Origin: Fistulifera solaris | Taxonomy: Eukaryota | Reading direction: 5' to 3' | DNA length: 64,000 nt | NCBI GenBank assembly: GCA_030295235.1 | Contig: AP026128.1 | Coordinates: 1-64,000, forward strand | Shown: positions 59,637 through 64,000 of the stretch, piece by piece | Position numbering within the stretch: position 1 is the first letter of the stretch | Layout of the letters: every line of letters begins with the position of its first letter | The notes under the pieces: generated by a model | Seen by the model: only the letters and a program-made list of their open reading frames with translations | The model's database searches: none | What the model was told of the DNA's origin: nothing | Translations under genes and position numbers: made by a program

Positions 59637-61875
59637 ATGAATTCACAAGAAGCCCTCGAAGCTATTCAGTTCCTTCAACAGGAGGCGCGCAACGAAGAAG
59701 AGCGCTCTACAGGCGCATCGCAACGTTCGGCGTCTCCTCTTTCGTTGCGATTATCACCGATTGCGCCGAGATCTGCTGTTTCAAGTCCTAGCAGTTCTTT
59801 TGATAACGATGATCGACACAACAATTTACCAAATCACACGCGAGATGCTAGTCCTATTCGTACCGCATTTGCTCAATTGCTGGAATTGTCCTTCGAATCG
59901 CAAATAAGGCATCACGATGGTGAAGAGGAAAATGCTGACACGGAGCAGCACGGAAAACATCCTATTGCGATGCAACAAAGGGTAGAGGATCCTCTTCAGC
60001 AAAGAGTACAAACACTTCTTCCTCCACCGCCGCCGCCTCCTCCTCCTCCATCACCACGTCCTGCTTTTCGGTCTGATGATGTCAGTTCGACGACAAGTAC
60101 CGAACACATAGTAACAACCAAAACGCATTATTCCGTAACCAATCCGCTCGCAAGCATCGATACTTCCATTGTTGATGAGAATGATGATGTTGAAGACGAA
60201 AGTGATGATGAAGACACATTTTCGGAGCCCTTCGAATCGTCATTTGAGAAAAAGAGTCGTGAAAATTCTTTGGAGACGTATGAATTGAATGAAACCAGCC
60301 GTGAAAACTCACTCGATCGATCCGACCGAAACTATAGTATCAATCCGCAAATGAACTCGATTCTGGAAAGTGACGCCAATGTTTCGAAAGAAGACCTGGC
60401 TACGGAAACATTGGAGGATCCTGATGCTCGCAATATTTCGGCGGCAGATTTACTGGACGAACATTTGGATGGACTGCTAGCGTCCGACAAGGGCAACGAA
60501 GAGAAAGTTCGAGGTGATGCCAAGGGTGTTGCTGGGCGGGTCAATCAAACTATTCATAAAATCAAAGAAATGGCTACGCCGTATCTCCCGACAAAGCTAC
60601 CGACAACGACTTGTCTTTCTAGGGACAACGAGGATAATAAGACGACGTACGCAAAACGTCCATTTCCAAAAAATTCATCGAATGATGTTACTGCCGTCAC
60701 TGTGATTGATACAGGTCACATCTCATCTGTTGCAAGGGATGGACCCAGCAAATTGTTATCGGTCGACCAACAAAGAGTACCGATGATGCGAATGCGCCAT
60801 CCCGCCGCACAAGACTTTCTCACGGAGCATGAAGCATCCTCACCACACCATGAAGAAGAGTTTGTGAAGGGAACGTCACAACAATCGAGAGCGCAAGCCA
60901 CGGAGAAGCAGCGGCAGCGGCGCGTGAAAGAATCGTTAAATGGACCGGATGATATACTTGTGTGCAACAACGTTGTATGGAAGGGGTTTGAGAATTTTGT
61001 GGTTTCTCGCTGCGGCAATGCGTCAGATGCTGTCGTCGAGAAAGCGGCCAATCGCCAGAAGGAAGCATCAGCGAGGCAATACAGCCCGGCATGCAGTGTG
61101 GCCAGTGAAAAAAGTGAAGGTTCAGAGAGTATGATGCGCCGGCTTTCCCAACGTTATCTCAAATCCGACGCCACGGTTGTCAGTTCTCTGGACGGCAGTG
61201 CATCCAATCGGTCGGGAGGTGGAAGCCGACCGACTCAGGATGCACCGATTACTGTATTGAACCCTATTCCGAGGCATGTCACTGGCGCTTCAGCACAATT
61301 TCCTGCGCAGCCAGCCATTAGGGAAGGGGACTGTTTGCCCGCTGACCAATTTGTACGAAAGTTACGAAACGAAGGACTTGATATCTTGATCCATAGAAAA
61401 GCTCACGCGGCTGACGTCATGGCAAAGCCTTTGAGAGCACATGTTTATTTGGAAGATGCGAAAAGGGGGGAATAAGGGGGATTTTTGGGGTCCTTGGCTT
61501 GTTTGGTTTATCGGAGACAGCCCAGTGCGGAAGGGCATTGACCTGTTTGATATACGATCGCTCGACAAAGCGTCCGCACTGCAACTTGAACAATATCCCT
61601 TAGCCATGCCTGGTCGTAGTCTATTGCTGCTCATGAATGAAGGGCCGGATCATGTTTTTGAAATGCAGGACGAAGCTTCAGCAGTTTCTTTCGTGCATGG
61701 CATTCGTTGGCTGATCGCTCATTTATCATTTAATCTTATTGCTGGAAATGTCAATGTCAGTTGTGACATGATTGAGGTCACCGACCACCAAACTCCGTGG
61801 CTGGAGTCCCATCTGTCCAGTTTGATGAATGACTTGACTAATGTTCTTGTAGATAAGTCGGCGACTGCAATGTAG
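59637..61875 (+). CDS. Hypothetical protein with disordered N-terminus and C-terminal PH-like domain (frameshift near 61465)
   Basis: 612-aa ORF joins the 144-aa ORF at a G-run; LVWF...IDLFDIRSLDKA...YPLAMPGRSLLL...VFE...FVHGIRWLIA. Confidence 0.7.
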
Positions 61876-62249
61876 AATGAATGCGCAGAGGGCTATATCT
61901 AATCAAAAAGTAAATGCAGAATTTCAGTTTCTAGTCTACTAAGGCTGATGTTTATGTTGAAAACGCAGAACAAACCAGGAAATCTAAGTTGCGACAAAGC
62001 AGCGGCAGGTGCGAAGTCATTCGACTGTATCCGATCCACCTCTGCATTAATCATCAGCTCCAGGGATTCTCAAGAGATGTTTCCGGTTCACCTCAGCCTT
62101 AGACGTGAGCAGCACAAACGGAATGTTTCTCAACATTGCTTCGATCCAAAATCCTTCCTCTAGAGTCGTTTCTTACATGAATTTCGTCATCGTCACTAGT
62201 AAGCGATCATTGCATCCGATATCATAAAAAGAAAGTTAATCCCATCCTT

Positions 62250-62560
62250 TTGTTACCCCAAATGAATTTAGATCTTAAGTGACAAATCTGGCAACCAATA
62301 ATGCGAAGGTGTGATAAATATAGATTTCCGTCTGAAAAACTTTCTGAATATGAAGGAGCACAAGAACACATAAATCATTTCCGTCGCTTCATTCAATTCG
62401 TTCGTTACACCTGGTTGAAAAATAACTCTCTCTTAGAATGTATTGTCGCATGGACATTTCGGGATCTTGTATTTGGAATGGTTACCGACAACAGAAAGAA
62501 ATGATTATTAAAAGATTCGATAAGCTATTGCTTCATAAAGAATATGCAAAACGGAAGGAA
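62250..62560 (+). mobile_element. Degenerate Mutator/MULE transposase remnant (approximate bounds)
   Basis: FIQFVRYTWLK...ECIVAWT..DLVFGMVTDNR resembles the MULE motif Y...TWL....E.FV.AWT....HFG..TTNR.E; flanks are AT-rich and full of stops. Confidence 0.5.
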
Positions 62561-64000
62561 GCAGTTATGTTTTTAAGCTAGTGAAATATTCTTTCACGCC
62601 GCATAAAGCTAACAAGCAGTGGACAAGCTCGACATCTTGAGTTGAAAATCGCAACGAAGCATAATCACCAATGTATTCAAAGATGCTCTGCCGCCAAAGA
62701 GGGCTGATCTCAAAGTATGGTGATTATATTGCAGTTTAAAATCGTCGCCTGTCCGTCTATAGTTTTGATTCGTTCGATTAATTTAATGGATTTATGATGC
62801 AACGCGGCAGGCAAGTCTTAAGTAAATAATAGAACGCTAACAAGATATGGGTAGAGCACTATCGATTGATTCAATGGATATCGCAATTTATATTCTTTCA
62901 ATGAACATGATACAGACATTAAAACATCTCATCTGTATTGGTATGTGGCCCTCTGCGGCGCCGCATCTATACAATGGCTATACAGTACTACTGCATCGCC
63001 TGGAAAGAATTTATGTGTAAATACCATATGTTTTGAATAACTGGTTTTGACCAACGGCAAAGCGGATAGCTACGAGATACTGAATTGAAGGGTATCAACG
63101 AATCGATTCTTAGCACTCCCGCTACAATTTGATGTGCGTGCATGGTATCCTCACTTGCTAATCAGGCCATAAAGAAATTGACAGGTAAAAGGACATGAAA
63201 ATTGCGACACCATCGTTTGCCTGCTTATCAAGCGTCGTCTTGTGACAATCGGTTGCTTGGGGCAGATTACACGAGACAATAAGGCAGCCATCTCCCCGAC
63301 CGCTTAATCTTGCCTTCGCATAGGCTTTAGGGGCCTTATCATTTTCATGGATTTCGGAGCTGGGATATTTCTTTTGTAAGCCTTTTCATGTTTTTTGTAA
63401 TTAGTCCTGTAAGACTTCGGCGCAGATTTCACCCATTCTCAAATATTTCCCAGGAATAATTTAATCGAAACCTTTGCTTGAAAGCTGCTCGAAATGGTTC
63501 TAGATTACACAGATACCGACCTGGCCACTTAAAGACGACACCTTCGCTTCATCAAGAAATCGCTCTTATACACCACATTTCAGGTTGCCGAAACAGCATG
63601 CTTTTACCAAATCCTATCTGTTATCTCGAGATGGTTCCCGGTCAGCCAATGGGATAATCTTTGGATGCAGCCAGTTTGAATCAGTTTCTAGAGGCTTCTA
63701 TCAAGTGAGCTAAACCTAAAACGTGGATAGGATTTAAAAATCCAAATTTATTTATAAACTTCTTTATGACTGGAGGCTTACAAAGTTTTCAATTTAATTA
63801 ACAAGTGTATGGATACTTTCAATATAAATAACTTTGGATGATTTCCCCATTCTCAATTTTTTCGCAGAAATAATTCAGTCGGAATCTTTGTTTTAAGGCT
63901 GCTCGGATTGAAATGAAAGCATACAAAACCGACTTGAAAAGTAAGGCAACACCTTTGCTTTATCGTTCTATTGCCAATATTTCTCGGTCTTGCTCACCAT

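Overview
Left end of a eukaryotic chromosome, most likely from a pennate diatom. Evidence: TTAGGG telomere, short GT-AG introns, bipartite plastid presequences, an LHC/FCP-type gene and diatom-type Copia elements. About 470 bp of (CCCTAA)n runs straight into a gene-dense region of roughly 30 genes. These include Rab7, RPL19, a COX4-family subunit missed by the ORF track, an LHC-like protein, myo-inositol dehydrogenase, a USP, a chalcone-isomerase-fold protein, a PPR-like protein, FUN14, TAF9, a degenerate G-alpha and several lineage-specific families. Mobile DNA comprises a 387-bp piggyBac-type MITE, a likely MULE remnant and two nested Ty1/Copia LTR retrotransposons (47117-59138) that split a host gene. 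The most striking signal is how the two Copia elements appear to prime reverse transcription. The outer element has no tRNA-like PBS; its PBS is perfectly complementary (14-15 nt) to a segment of its own LTR starting at an initiator-like motif, which is the layout of Tf1-type self-priming, and it has only a 2-bp TSD. The inner element has a PBS matching the anticodon arm of tRNA-Asn (half-tRNA priming) and a chromodomain-like module after the integrase. Many single-base frameshifts in homopolymers of otherwise intact genes suggest long-read consensus errors, so pseudogene calls are uncertain. No database searches were run; family assignments come from motif recognition.
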